Positions 1-12,161 of a stretch of 64,000 bases of DNA are shown one piece after another (positions within the stretch are counted from its first letter, which is position 1; every line of letters begins with the position of its first letter). The DNA lies in the NCBI GenBank assembly GCA_028534125.1, contig CM052817.1, positions 55,864,001 through 55,928,000 on the forward strand, read 5' to 3'. Source of the stretch: Lama glama (lineage: Eukaryota). A program made the translations under genes and the position numbers. A model generated the notes under the pieces. That model was not told where the DNA came from. It ran no database searches and saw only the letters and a list, made by a program, of their open reading frames with translations.

Positions 1-329
1 GGCATTTTATTGATTTAGTAGAATGTCATTCTAAGGTAACAAAACTGAAAGAATAAAATAGTTGGGCATCAGCCACAGTTCAGAAAATGAGGTCTTAATG
101 TTAAAATTTGCATATAATCACATTAAGAAAATTCTAGGCAAGGTAGAGTGGCATGACATAGCCTCCCAATCTTATTGATTCTATGCTATCTTGCAAGTGT
201 CATTTTTCAAACTACAAAAATATTAATCTAGTCAAATGTAAAAAAAATAAACATTATTTTTAAATAAACATTATTTTAAAAAAATAACAATTAAAAGTAA
301 TTTTCTCCTTTTTTTCTACTTCTCTTCCC

Positions 330-1830
330 TTGAAGGGACCAAGTACTCAGAATGGAAGAGAAGACTGCAATAAAGCCAAGGAATTAGTGATGCTGAAAAA
401 GTGGATTGCTAAGGAGTTGACGTTGGGGCTGGGGCAGAGCAGGCAGCAAAGCCAGGGAGACTGCAGTGTGGCCAGCAGTTGAGGAAGTAAATGGCAGTCA
501 GGAGTTTGAGTGTGTTTCTAGAAGGACTGAGCAACTAAATAAATATAATGAGATATTAAGAGCCAGGCTTCTCGCTATCAGAGAAGGGATTTACAGTTTT
601 GAAAAGGGAGAAGGTCTTACATTGGACTTGGTGTAATTGCTCTGAATAGACTTCCACAATTTATGTATAGATATAAATATATGTAGGAATATATATTAGA
701 CATTTACTTCTAGCTTTGTCTAGAGGGCAATTCTATGGGTTCTATGATACCTATGTAGCAATGGGGACACCAAGTGTGTCGATCTTGGTATGTAAATACC
801 ATCCTCTACTGGAAGGAAGGAAGTGTCCTTTAAGGAATGGCTGAATGGTTGACCTCAAGCAGGGAAAGTGCCAGGTGAAACAGGAACACATTTTTGTGAC
901 AGAAATTAAAATTCTTAAAGAAGTACAGAACATGTCAAAAGCAGACAGAAGTAAGTTCAAAGAGGATCCTACTTACTACATTTAGGGAAATTTGTTCATC
1001 AAAAATGTCAGTAATAATAGCTTATATTACATTAGATAAGATTATAGTTCATGACTCCATACAGATATAAGTAAATAAACATATGGATAATTTTATGGAG
1101 CTAAAGGAAAATCTCACTCTTATGTTAGAAGCAAAATATATATAGGAAGAATTAGAGAAATAGAAAATAAACCATTATAGTGGACGTTGATTCAGGCAGG
1201 GAGACGTTAAAGTAGATTCACAGTAATTTCTCCCAAGATATCAAAAGTTACAGGAGGAAAAACCATGACTTTTCAGTAGAGAACATTTGCAGATAATTCT
1301 GCAACCAAGCCAACAGATCAAAGCTAAACCTTCAGTGAGGGATGAGAATAGGTCCTGTTCTCATGATGTGATGAAATGAAAGCACAGCATCATCCTGTGG
1401 CATTCCTTCTCGAAAAGTCACAAATTGATTCTATATGTATATATAAGGAAACATTCAGCAGAACTAGATTGAGGGAAATCCTTCAGATGGAAAGTCTTAC
1501 ATTCCTGAAAGGAGTATACATTGTGAAAGGCACTGTAAGACTGGGGAAATGATCCAGACTGAAAACAAAATGAAGAGACATGAAAATACATGATTCTAGA
1601 TTAGATCTTTGAGAACAAAAGGGAAAAAAAAAGAGACTGTTGACCTGCTAACAAAATCTGGGGATTGCATGGTAATATTGCATTCATGTTGATTTCCAGA
1701 TTTGTGTGGTTGTTCTGTTTTGTATGAGAATGTCTTGTCTTGTAACATAGGTGCTGTTGTATTAAAGACAGATGGCGCATCTTGTCTGGAACTAATTTCA
1801 GTGATTCAAAATGGAAGAATGATAACAGGT
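330..1830 (+). mobile_element. Ancient L1 3'UTR fragment (L1MC/L1MD-type)
   Basis: GTAGCAATGGGGACACCAAGTGTGTCGATCTTGG...AAATACCATCCTC (755-805) and downstream blocks resemble the L1MC3/L1MD 3'UTR; related to the copy at 45130-45990. Boundaries approximate. Confidence 0.6.
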
Positions 1831-1836
1831 GTTCAT

Positions 1837-2209
1837 TGTTGGGAGATAATTCTCCACAGTCTTTGCCTTTCTACATATCTTGAGAAAGACTGTATCCCAT
1901 GTAAGATCTAGGCTTTTCTAAGTATGCAATCACTCAGTGTTAATAAAGAACCACTGTGTGTACGCCATGCATCAGGGTCTGCCTTTTCATCATCCCCACC
2001 ACTGTTCCTCTAGTAGTGGGCAAGAGGAAACAACAGGACTATGAAGCTAATGTTCCCTGCTGTGTCTTGAGTGATAACATCTTAGCAAGTAATAATAAAG
2101 TCTCTGACCAAAAGTCTCTTGATGTCTACCAGCATCTATGGTACTATGTCGAAGTAACTTGCTAGAATACAAGCAGGATAAGACTTCAGACCCCTCACAA
2201 TTCTTGACA
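1837..2209 (+). mobile_element. Solo LTR, LTR40 family (ERVL)
   Basis: Starts TGTTGGGAGATAATTCTCCA, has AATAAAGTCTCTGACC, ends CAGACCCCTCACAATTCTTGACA (TG...CA); flanks TTCAT/TTTAT fit a 5-bp TSD with one mismatch. Confidence 0.8.
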
Positions 2210-2309
2210 TTTATGTGCAATGAGTAGAACAGCACTGATTGAGCAAACTTGGCAAACACCATCAGCTGGGGAAGCTGGGCAAAGGCTGTGTAATTTCCAT
2301 GGCAATCTC

Positions 2310-2395
2310 TTTTTTTTAATGGAGGTACTGGGGATCGAACCCAGGATCTCGTGCATGCTAAGCATGCACTATACCACTGACCTATTTCCCTCCCC
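2310..2395 (-). mobile_element. tRNA-Ala-derived SINE (camelid vic-1 type)
   Basis: Minus strand GGGGAGGGAAATAGGTCAGTGGTATAGTGCATGCTTAGCATGCACGAGATCCTGGGTTCGATCCCCAGTACCTCCA plus A tail; A-box-like and B-box GGTTCGATCC; second copy at 47480-47590. Confidence 0.88.
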
Positions 2396-3129
2396 ACATT
2401 CCAACATTTCTGTAAGTGCAACTTTTATGCAATCTTCATGCCATTTTACAATTATTCCAAAATGCAATTATATTAAAAATGCACATTAATTTTAAAATAA
2501 AATAAAATTTATGTATTTTTTAACAACACAAAAGTCCTTGAAATTTTAGTTAAATCTTAAATCATTATTTAATCTACATATTAAGGGCTTTATCTACCCA
2601 CCAAAAGAGCCAGACCGATCATAAAGCACTTGAACACTTATTCTCACTTGGCCTATAATATATACATTACACTAATTTTCAGCCTGCCATTTATATTTTC
2701 AAAACTAATTATCTTACTACCATTTAAAGTATAATGAATATCTAGAGACTTGCAAATATCAATGACCATCTGGGAATTTATCTGCATTTTAATTTTTTCA
2801 TAAACATGTAACACTATTAAAAAAAACTATACGCCAGCAAAACACTGATGCAGGTATAGAATAAGCTGTTTTCTATGACGCTAATGTTTCAATTTTTTCT
2901 CTTTGTAATCATTCTGAAGTGTACAAAATATTTTTAGCTATTTTAATAATGTCATAACTGTTTTTTAATCAAGGAAATATTGCCCTCAGAAAATATATCC
3001 TAAACATTAAACATGAAATATTAATATTTTAATTTAGCATTTATTGGGAATGAAATAGCCAAGGTGACAGAAAAGCAATTATAAATGTGGGGTCTGAGGG
3101 CAGTGTTTGGAGTTTGTGCTTGTGTACAT

Positions 3130-3230
3130 TATTTAACTTCTTTCATCCTCAATTTTCTCACCTGTAAAATTAGAGTAATAACAAGGGCACAGAGAAGAGA
3201 AAATGTAAAGTACCTGGTACACAGTAATAA
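3130..3230 (+). mobile_element. MIR fragment
   Basis: CCTCAATTTTCTCACCTGTAAAATTAGAGTAATAAC matches the MIR core; then TACCTGGTACACAGTAA. Confidence 0.5.
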
Positions 3231-4369
3231 TTTACTGTATCATCTTTTGCTTCTGCATGTGTTTCTGCCTGCATGTATTTCTCTTTTTTATGCACAAAAT
3301 TCTAGGAATTTATGGAAAACACATATTCTAATAGGACTAATATTCCATCTTCTAATAACATCTGATTTCCTTAGAAGAGACTTATTTGGCACAAAAAGAA
3401 ATATTTTTCTTTCCCCAAGTCTCTCGTCCAAAATTTTCCATTAGAGTGACCTCTCTGACATGGATGACTGGAGCTCTCCGAAAGCACACAGCAAGAAGAG
3501 AAGAATGAGCTTTTAAGGGTAACAGACCATAGTAAGACTGTTTTTAATTCAAGTCTGTATTCTCTTTATTAAAAAACAATCATGTACTTTTTGGGGGTTT
3601 ACTTTGAACTTGATCAATGGTTTGTGTCCATGGTATGCTTTTACACTTTTTTCCTTATTTTTTTCAGAGCACTCTTATTTTTAAAACTCGTCTTAATTTT
3701 TGATTACTCCAGTGTGGACTACCTTTCATTCCCAAAGCATTAATATTACCCTTCTCAGTTTTTCTCCTCAGAGTCAAAGGAGAAAATAGTGCTTGCTTCA
3801 TTCCTCCAATGGCTGCCTATGTGTATTTTGATTTTGTGCCTCTAGAGAGGCATGAGGGATTAAATAATGTTATCCATTTCAAATTAAATCAACCTACATT
3901 TGTTCATTTTAGCTCTCTCTTAGGAAAAAAAATCACATTAAAATTTCAAAGTGTTAAAATCAGTTGCATGTCAATATATGTATATGTTGGAGTAGAAGTC
4001 AGAGTAAACAGAAAAGAGCTTCAGAGAGTTTATGACAGAGGTAAGCACACTCCATTTTCTTTTGCTTTCAAAACAAAAGAAATGAATTATGCCAAGCACG
4101 ACTTCAGAAGTCCGTTGTATTTGGACTTTCTTCTCAATTTTCCATACTACTGCCACTGTTCAGATCTTAACTACCTCCTTCTGACTGGCTCACCCAGGAG
4201 CCTCTGTGCTCTCTCTCCACCCACATTCCTCCACAGTGCTGGCACACCTACTGTTTTACAATCCATCTTTAATCATGCTGTCTCCTTGTGTGTCATGTGT
4301 TTGTTAGTTGGTTGATTGGTTGTGTTTTAAAGACATTCAATATGTCCCTGTTCTATAAAGAATAACCAA

Positions 4370-4490
4370 TATGTGACTGAGTGAGCTTTTTAGCTTCAAT
4401 TTCCTCAGCTGTACCATAATAGTAATGAGAGTAGGTTTAGTGCTTAAGAGTTCCTGAGATATAGTAAGTTTCAACAAATGTTAGGCATTT
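4370..4490 (+). mobile_element. MIR fragment
   Basis: CTTCAATTTCCTCAGCTGTA core and ATAGTAAGTTTCAACAAATGTTAG 3' end. Confidence 0.5.
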
Positions 4491-6007
4491 TTACTATCTG
4501 CATTTAAAATAAAAACATACAGTATCCGGAGTTTAAATCTGGATAAAAACCATGATAATGAGCTTTAACTCAGATTGTAAATTTCACTGGGCTCGTCTAT
4601 ATCTTTCTGTTCACGTATTTGTGGTTTGCTCAGGTTTTCTCTAAACTACTACGATCAGAATCACCTATAATCCTGGAACATGTCCAGGCATATTTTCAGG
4701 AGCCTCCTTGGGCACTTCAGAGAAGAGGTATTACTCAGAGGAATGCTGAATATACAGTAGGCAAAGACTTGACTCAGACAGGATGTTACTTTCCCTCAAA
4801 CATAACTGAAGCTTTCACGGGTGGATGCCTTGTTTACAGATAATAAGAAATCCCCACTCCTAGCAGAAACTTTTGTCTGAACAATGGACTGAGGATTTAC
4901 AACCTGCTACACCTGTATAAGGAAACATGTTCACTGATTTTAGGTTCTTAAGAAGAAGCACACAAGTGCTAAAAGTTAAACATACTTTAAAACTCCCAAT
5001 GAAATTTAATTGATTGATAGCTATTAATGGCCTTAAGTAAGATATACCCCTTTCCTTATATAAAACAATAAGTTTTCAGAATCAAAATAAATACAGCCTT
5101 TATTCATTATGCAGTTCACCATTTTTATTGCTTCAAACATTATCCAATATTCAATCATTAGCTATGAAATACCCATGACAAAATTCAACTGCTCTGTAAG
5201 AGATTTTTTTTCTTTAAAAGCAAGTCCTATGGAATCCTAAGTAAAGAAAAAAAAGAAAAAAATTTAAATAGGCTTTCTTTTAGATATGCAAATAAAGTAA
5301 TTTGACTTCAGGAAAAACAAACACCTCCCAAACAGCTCAAAATTACTTCTAACAATGTAAAATCCAACTCCAAGAATCTTCAGTCTTAAAAGACACTGTA
5401 CTCATCAAAACAGTTAAAACTGTCATGTGAATTTCAAAAACAAAACAAAACAAAACTCTAACACACTAAAGATGAGATAATTTGGACTCTTTAAATAAGT
5501 CAGCAAGCAATCTATCAATTAGTCTGACTTTAAAAGTATTATTCTCAGAGTAAAAATATTTTCCTCCTGCAGGTGGCTTCTGCTAAAACTACTCTCTTTT
5601 GCAAGACTGATTTTTAAATTAAATGGTTTTTACTTATACTCATTTCTAACTTGCCAAATAAGACTTTTTCAGAATAGTTCTGAACAGGAAAGGAGAAAGA
5701 ATACAAGAACAGTGGGAAAAATATAGGAAGGGTCACGGAAAGAGAAAGTGAAGAACGGATAAAGGAAAATAGGAAGAAAGGAAGTGGGGGAGGGAGGGAA
5801 AGAAGGACAAAAGAAGGAACAAGTGTGGGTGAGAATTGTGAGGACAAGGCTCCCCAGATTCACTGCTTTTAATCTTTCCCAAAATATTAACACATTTCTC
5901 AATAAGACTCCACATAATTAGAATTCTGAATATAAGAAACCTATATTTCAAAGTCAAAACTTCAAATTTGGTAAGGTATCAGGAAGTCATACTCACCAAC
6001 TCAGAAA

Positions 6008-6026
6008 CACTGCCATCTGCTGACCA
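6008..6026 (-). promoter_or_regulatory. Candidate CTCF binding site
   Basis: Minus strand TGGTCAGCAGATGGCAGTG closely fits the CTCF core CCASYAGRKGGCRS (one mismatch); not in a repeat I recognise. Confidence 0.5.
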
Positions 6027-6739
6027 AATAAAACTGAGATGAGTTTGCTATTGTTTCTTTAGATGAATCACCAGTAACATTGTAAACTTTGTAATGTGTA
6101 CTATGAAACTTGTACTTAGTAACAAGTCACTGGTATAAAGACATTCATTTACAAATATAACCAAATCTGAGAAATACGAAGTATGAAAAAGTGCAAAGGA
6201 AATATTTTGTTTTGTAACAAAAGTGCAATTATGGTTTTAATTACTCAAAACATGAAAAGTGAATGGTCTGATATTCTATCCACAATTACTTAAAAATTAA
6301 CAAATATTTGAGCATTAACTGAAGCCACAGCATCCTCCTAGTTTGCAGCGCTAGTGTAAGAGATTTCTTCTAAAAGTTCATTATTCACCAAAAGTCACTC
6401 TCAACACTTGTCAGGTTGATGAAAGCACAAAGGAAAATGTCCAGATATTAAGGAGGCTTCCATTTCTTTCTTCTGTCAGCCTTCTTCCCACATTAGTCAG
6501 AGGAAGTGGGTAGGAAAGTGGAGATTTTAATGTACTTAATAGGAAAAGACACAGGGTTTTCAGATAGATCATATTGGGTAAATATATGGATTGTTTCTAT
6601 AGCTTATAAGAGTGATCACAGAATTATCAGCAATATTTTTTCCATGAGTGTCAGTGATTTAGGGAGTCTCCTAATTCACCTGCCCTAATGTGCAAGGTCT
6701 GATCTGAGAGAATGCAGGACTAACATCATATTTATTCTG

Positions 6740-7125
6740 TGCAAAAATTTCTCACATTATACAGTCCCAGCTTTATCTCTTGTCATGCTAGTCTTGCCCT
6801 TTATACTCCAGTTGTGGGAATTTGCTTGCAGCTCAAAGGAAACTTCATGATATTTCACCTCTGTGCCTTTGCTCAAGCTGCTGTCTGTGTCTACGATGCA
6901 ATTATCTTTGTGAGGATGTTCTTTCTGACCTACTAACACCAGGAAGGTCAAATTCCCTTCCTCTCTGTTCCCAGCCTGCTGTGTATTTATTTATTATTGC
7001 ACTTACCATGAAAAAAATGCTTTCTGTTTGTCAGTCTGTCATCCCTGCTTCATTGTGAACTCCATCAAACCAGAGATCTTGACTTAACTTCTCTCCAGAT
7101 AATCCATGCCTGGCATGGCACCTTA
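6740..7125 (+). mobile_element. L2 3' fragment
   Basis: CTGTGCCTTTGCTCAAGCTGCTG...TTGTGAACTCCATCAAACCAGAGATCTTG...TGCCTGGCATGG follows the L2 3' end layout. Confidence 0.55.
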
Positions 7126-8268
7126 GGAACAGAATTTTTTAAAATCTCCCAATATTTTAGAGACTCTTACATGTTCCTGTTCTTCATCATTTCTGAAATG
7201 ACAGAAAAGCTTCCATAGAAATTATTGACAGCATGTTGGGTTTGGTAGCTTGTACTAGTAGTTATATATAGTTTAGTATATTATCTTATGATCACCTCCT
7301 GGTCGTCTTCCAAGTGTACTGGAACCACCTTTGGGATCTGGGCTATTTCAGACCACATATTGCCCACCAAACCGAATACTGTATGGGGAGGGCAAGTAAG
7401 TTCTTATTAAATATTTTATTGCTGTATAATCTCAACTAGATTAATAAAAAACAAAGTCACAACATGATATAAAGATGGTGTATAATTCAGGGATTTAAAA
7501 AGTGCAAGTGTAACAAAGAGGGTGAAATACATCTGTTTAGGGGACTTCTTGTTTGAAAGTGAATCTTAAAGTATAACTAGGGATATACTGGATTTACACA
7601 GGGATTCTCTATGGATCAGAAAGAAGCAGGGAAATGTGTAATTGGTCTGGCAACTAGCAAGTAGGTCTAGAATACTCTTTGCTGTTGTGGTGGCTGTTTT
7701 GTTTTTAAAGGTCTATATGGAACATGCATGGGAAACAATAAAGAAGAATGAGAAATATCTTAATGATTCTGAATTACAAAATTAAAGAGAAGATGAAAGT
7801 GGCCCTTTATCAGGATAACTTAAGACTATAGTTATTTCCTGAATGATGTCTGTTCATCAGGTTTCTAAATTGAGCAAAATCTCTAAAAGTTCTTTGAGAA
7901 AGGAACACAACAGGCGAACCAATTTATTTCATTAATACTCATTTTCAAAGCATTGTTGAAGGTCAGTACCGAGCACTTCATGTAGGCAAGGCAAGAGGCA
8001 ATTAATGCATTCAATCTCAGGGACAAGTGTAGCAAGCTGTTTTCTGGTACAATGTGTCTTCCTTGCCAGGCCAAAGTTCTTATTACTTCTACATTACGGG
8101 ACCAGATATCAATGACACTGTCATTAAATGCTGTTAAAATTCATAGTTAGCCAAGAAGTCCTGAAGTCCTTTACATTCCTCACTTTTGGCAAATCTTTAG
8201 TGCTTAGATTAACTTTGGTATGAAAAAAAGCAAGCCGATTCTTAGGGGACTAGATACACAGTTGCACA

Positions 8269-8862
8269 TTTTTTTATTCTCCTTTTTTTTATTGTGGTTA
8301 AAAAAATTTAACATAAGATCTACCCTCAACAATTTTAAGTACACAATAGAGTATTGTCAACCACAAGCATACTGTTAGCAGATCTCCAGAACTTATTCTT
8401 CTTTCATAACTGAAAGCTTGTACTCACTGAACAGAAACTCCCCCTGTCCCTATTTTCCCCTTCCTCCAGCCCCTGGTAATCATAATTCTATTCCCCATAC
8501 CTATGAATTTGACTATTTTAGATGCCTCCGAGAAGTTGGATTATGCAGCATTTGTCCTTTTATAACTGGCTTATTTCACTTAGCATAATGCATTCCAAGT
8601 TTGTACATGTTATCTCACATAGCAGGATTTCCTTCTTTTTTTAAGATTGAAAAATAGTAATTTTATTGTTTTATATACAACATTTTCTTTAACCATCATT
8701 CACTGATGGCCATTTATGTTGCTTCCACATATTGGCTTAAGAAATAATGCTGCAAAGACCATGAAAGTACGGATATCTGAGATCCTGATTTCACATATTT
8801 TGGCTATACCACGAAGTAGGATTTCTGGATAATAGGTAGTTCTATTTTTAATTTTATGAGAA
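8269..8862 (-). mobile_element. L1 3' end (L1MA9-like), 3' half of an inverted L1
   Basis: T-rich tail then antisense 3'UTR (AACATAAGATCTACCCTC, GCAGATCTCCAGAACTTATTC, CTGGCTTATTTCACTTAGCATAATG) into the ORF2 end. Confidence 0.85.
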
Positions 8863-10542
8863 GGAAAAAGCATTTGACAAAATTCTCACCCTCCTATGAT
8901 AAAAACTCTCAACAAACTAGGAATTTACCTCAACATAATAAAGGCCATATATGACAAGTCAACAGTTAATATACTAAATGGTGAGCTTGACCAAACAGTC
9001 CAAGGGTGCCCACTCTCACCGCTTCTACTCAACATAGTTGTGGAACATAGTACTATTCAACATGGTACTGGAAGTCCCAACCAGAGTAATTAGGCAAGTG
9101 AAAGAAATAAAAGGCATCCATATCAGAAAGGAAAAAAAATATTATCTCTGTTGGCAGATGACATTATCTTATATGTAAAAAACTCTAAAGACTTCACACA
9201 CATAAAAACTCTGTTTTAATAAACAAATTCAGTGGAGTTGCAGGATACCAAATCAACATTCAAATTCAGCTGAGTTTCCGTATATTAATAATTAACTATC
9301 TGAATAGGAAATTAATAAAACAGTCCCATTTACAATAGCATCAAAAAAGAATAAAAATCTTAAAACATCTTAACCGAGCAGGAGTAAAACTTATAAACTG
9401 AAATCTGCAAAATATTGATGAAAGAAATTAAAGACATAAAAAATAGAAAGAAATCCAATGTTAACAGATTAGAAAAAGTGATATTTTAAAATGTCTATAC
9501 TACCCAAAGAAACCTATGAATTCAATGAAATTCCTATAAAATCTCAATAGCAATTTTTATAGACAAGAAAAAACTAATCTTAAAATTCATATGGGAATAC
9601 AATAGACTTCAAACATCCGAAGCTATCTTGAGAAAGAAGAACAAAGCTGGAGGCACCACATGTCTTGATTTCAAACTGTATTACAAAGCTATAGTACAAA
9701 ATGAAAACAGTACTGGCATAAAATAGACACATAAGTCAATGAACAGATTAGAGAGCCCAGAAATAAATCCATGTATATATGACCAACAGATTTTTGACAA
9801 GAATGCCAAGAATACAAAATGGGGAAAGGATAGTCTCTTCAATAAATGTTGTTGGGAAAATTGGATATACATATGCAAAAGAATGAAACTGTACTCTAAT
9901 GCCATGCCAAAAATAAATAAATAAAAAACTCAAAATGGACTAAAACTTATATGTAAGACCTGAAACTATAACTCTTATAAGAAAACATAGAGGACAAAAA
10001 GTGGGACCTTAGTCTTGGCAATACTTTCTTGAATAGTGACCCCGAAGTCACAAGCAACAAAAAGCAAAAACAGGTAGGACTACATCAAACTAAAAACCTT
10101 CTGCACAACAAAGAAAATAATCAAGAGTGAAAATGTAATCTATGGACTCAGAAAATATATTTGCAAACCATGTATCTGATAAGGGGTTAATATTTAATAT
10201 ATAAAAGGAACTCCTACAACTCAGACAAAAAACAACTAATAACTTGATTAAAAAATAGGCAAAGGACTTGACAGACATTTCTTCAAAGAAGATATATAAA
10301 TGGTCGACAGGTATATGAAAAGATGCTCAACATCATTAATTGTCTGGGAAATGCAATTCAAAACTATGATGAGATAGCACTTCACACCTGTTAGGATGAC
10401 TATTATAAAAAAAAAAAGAGAGGTAATATGGTTTGGCAAGGATATAGAGAAATACTTCTATCCTTTTGGAACCCTTATGTACACTTACTGTTGGTGGGAA
10501 TATAAAATGGTGCAGTCATCATAGAAAATAGCAGCAAGTTTC
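8863..10542 (+). mobile_element. L1 ORF2 fragment (RT domain to C-terminal region), decayed; inverted segment
   Basis: EKAFDKI at 8864; ORF 8896-9093 [19 protein letters not shown]...[16 protein letters not shown] 9739-9924 [10 protein letters not shown]...[15 protein letters not shown]; many stops and frameshifts. Confidence 0.92.
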
Positions 10543-10799
10543 AATACTGATGGGAGTGACAGAATATTCATATCAATGGATCCCAAGAGCAGAGCAGAAA
10601 CTAGGTGGAGGGGCAAAGAATGGGGATACCTGGAGAGGATAATTGTATTGGCCAAGGGTGTGGAAGGTATGGATATAGGAAAAATCTCATTCAGGCACTA
10701 GCTTCACTCTTTCATGCTTTATATCCATGCATGCCATTTAATCTCCATGTGCACTGTTTCTCCCATCAGAAAAATAGGAGGGCATCTATATGTTTCTTA

Positions 10800-11180
10800 T
10801 GTTTAATCCTCATCAAATCACAATTAGATCAAGGTCAGTAATTTCACTTTACCAATAAAGAAGTTGAGGCTTAAGAGGCAAATTATTATTCTCACCATGG
10901 TAAAGTATTAAGTAGTAAAATTGTGCCTCAAACTAGACTTAACTGACCATAATTGATGCTCTTACTTCTGTTCCTAAATTCTACATAAATACCTATTAGC
11001 TATGCAACCTCAAGCAAATTACTTGATCTCTCTGTGCAAATTGTTGAACCACTTTGAAGCAGATTATTTGATTGGTCTCTTCTGTAAAGGGAAGCTCATA
11101 ATACTATCTACTTTCCAGAAGTTAATATATGTAAAAGCAGAGCCTGGCATGTCAGAAGCATTATACAACCTTATAACTAC
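10800..11180. mobile_element. Two MIR fragments (about 10800-10950 minus, 11000-11180 plus)
   Basis: TTTAATCCTCA...TTTACCAATAAAGAAGTTGAGGCTTAAGAGG (antisense core); GCTATGCAACCTCAAGCAAATTACTTGATCTCTCTGTGC...CTTCTGTAAAGGG (sense). Confidence 0.5.
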
Positions 11181-11369
11181 TACTGTGACATTACTACAAG
11201 CGTTTTAAGAAACAAAAGCGCTGAAAAGGAAAAGGCTACCAAGAGGGAAGGGTACAAGCTCATGGCTGAGCCTGTTTCAGTCAGTGTGATGTACGTTAGA
11301 AGTCCATTTTTTTTCATCTTTGTGATTTGATTTCCCTTCAGGATTGCTTCGTTTCATTCCCTAAATGCT

Positions 11370-11869
11370 NNNNNNNNNNNNNNNNNNNNNNNNNNNNNNN
11401 NNNNNNNNNNNNNNNNNNNNNNNNNNNNNNNNNNNNNNNNNNNNNNNNNNNNNNNNNNNNNNNNNNNNNNNNNNNNNNNNNNNNNNNNNNNNNNNNNNNN
11501 NNNNNNNNNNNNNNNNNNNNNNNNNNNNNNNNNNNNNNNNNNNNNNNNNNNNNNNNNNNNNNNNNNNNNNNNNNNNNNNNNNNNNNNNNNNNNNNNNNNN
11601 NNNNNNNNNNNNNNNNNNNNNNNNNNNNNNNNNNNNNNNNNNNNNNNNNNNNNNNNNNNNNNNNNNNNNNNNNNNNNNNNNNNNNNNNNNNNNNNNNNNN
11701 NNNNNNNNNNNNNNNNNNNNNNNNNNNNNNNNNNNNNNNNNNNNNNNNNNNNNNNNNNNNNNNNNNNNNNNNNNNNNNNNNNNNNNNNNNNNNNNNNNNN
11801 NNNNNNNNNNNNNNNNNNNNNNNNNNNNNNNNNNNNNNNNNNNNNNNNNNNNNNNNNNNNNNNNNNNNN
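11370..11869. other. Assembly gap, exactly 500 N
   Basis: Run of N from 11370 to 11869. Confidence 0.99.
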
Positions 11870-11988
11870 ACTTTTAAGAAAGACAAGTTGCTTTGGAAGA
11901 AAGAATATAAAATCACATCTCTTTTCTATCACTATGTTATATTGGGTTATTCAATAACATAATCATGTTTGATTATATTACCTTATTT

Positions 11989-12143
11989 TTTATTTTTATT
12001 TATTTTATTTTTTATTGAAGTATAGCCAGTTCACAGTGTTGTATCAATTTCTGTTGTACAGCATAATGTTTCAGCCATACATATGTATATGTTATATGTA
12101 TATGTGTGTGTATGTGTGTGTGTGTGTGTGTGTATATTCTTTT
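11989..12143 (-). mobile_element. Short 5'-truncated lineage-specific L1 3' end with internal (TG)n
   Basis: (TTTTA)n tail, TTGAAGTATAG...GTGTTGTATCAATTTCTGTTGTACAGCA; TSD TTATATTACCTTATTT (11973-11988) / TTATATAACCTTATTT (12144-12159). Confidence 0.85.
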
Positions 12144-12161
12144 TTATATAACCTTATTTAT

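Noticed and set aside
2310..2395. Functional tRNA-Ala gene
   Set aside because: Degenerate arms, 5' extension, A tail and a second copy with a TSD indicate a SINE.
3809..4315. 168-aa ORF
   Set aside because: No recognisable domain, composition typical of AT-rich non-coding DNA, no supporting exon structure.
11327..11962. The longest ORFs in the track (170-211 aa)
   Set aside because: They run through the N gap and are artefacts.
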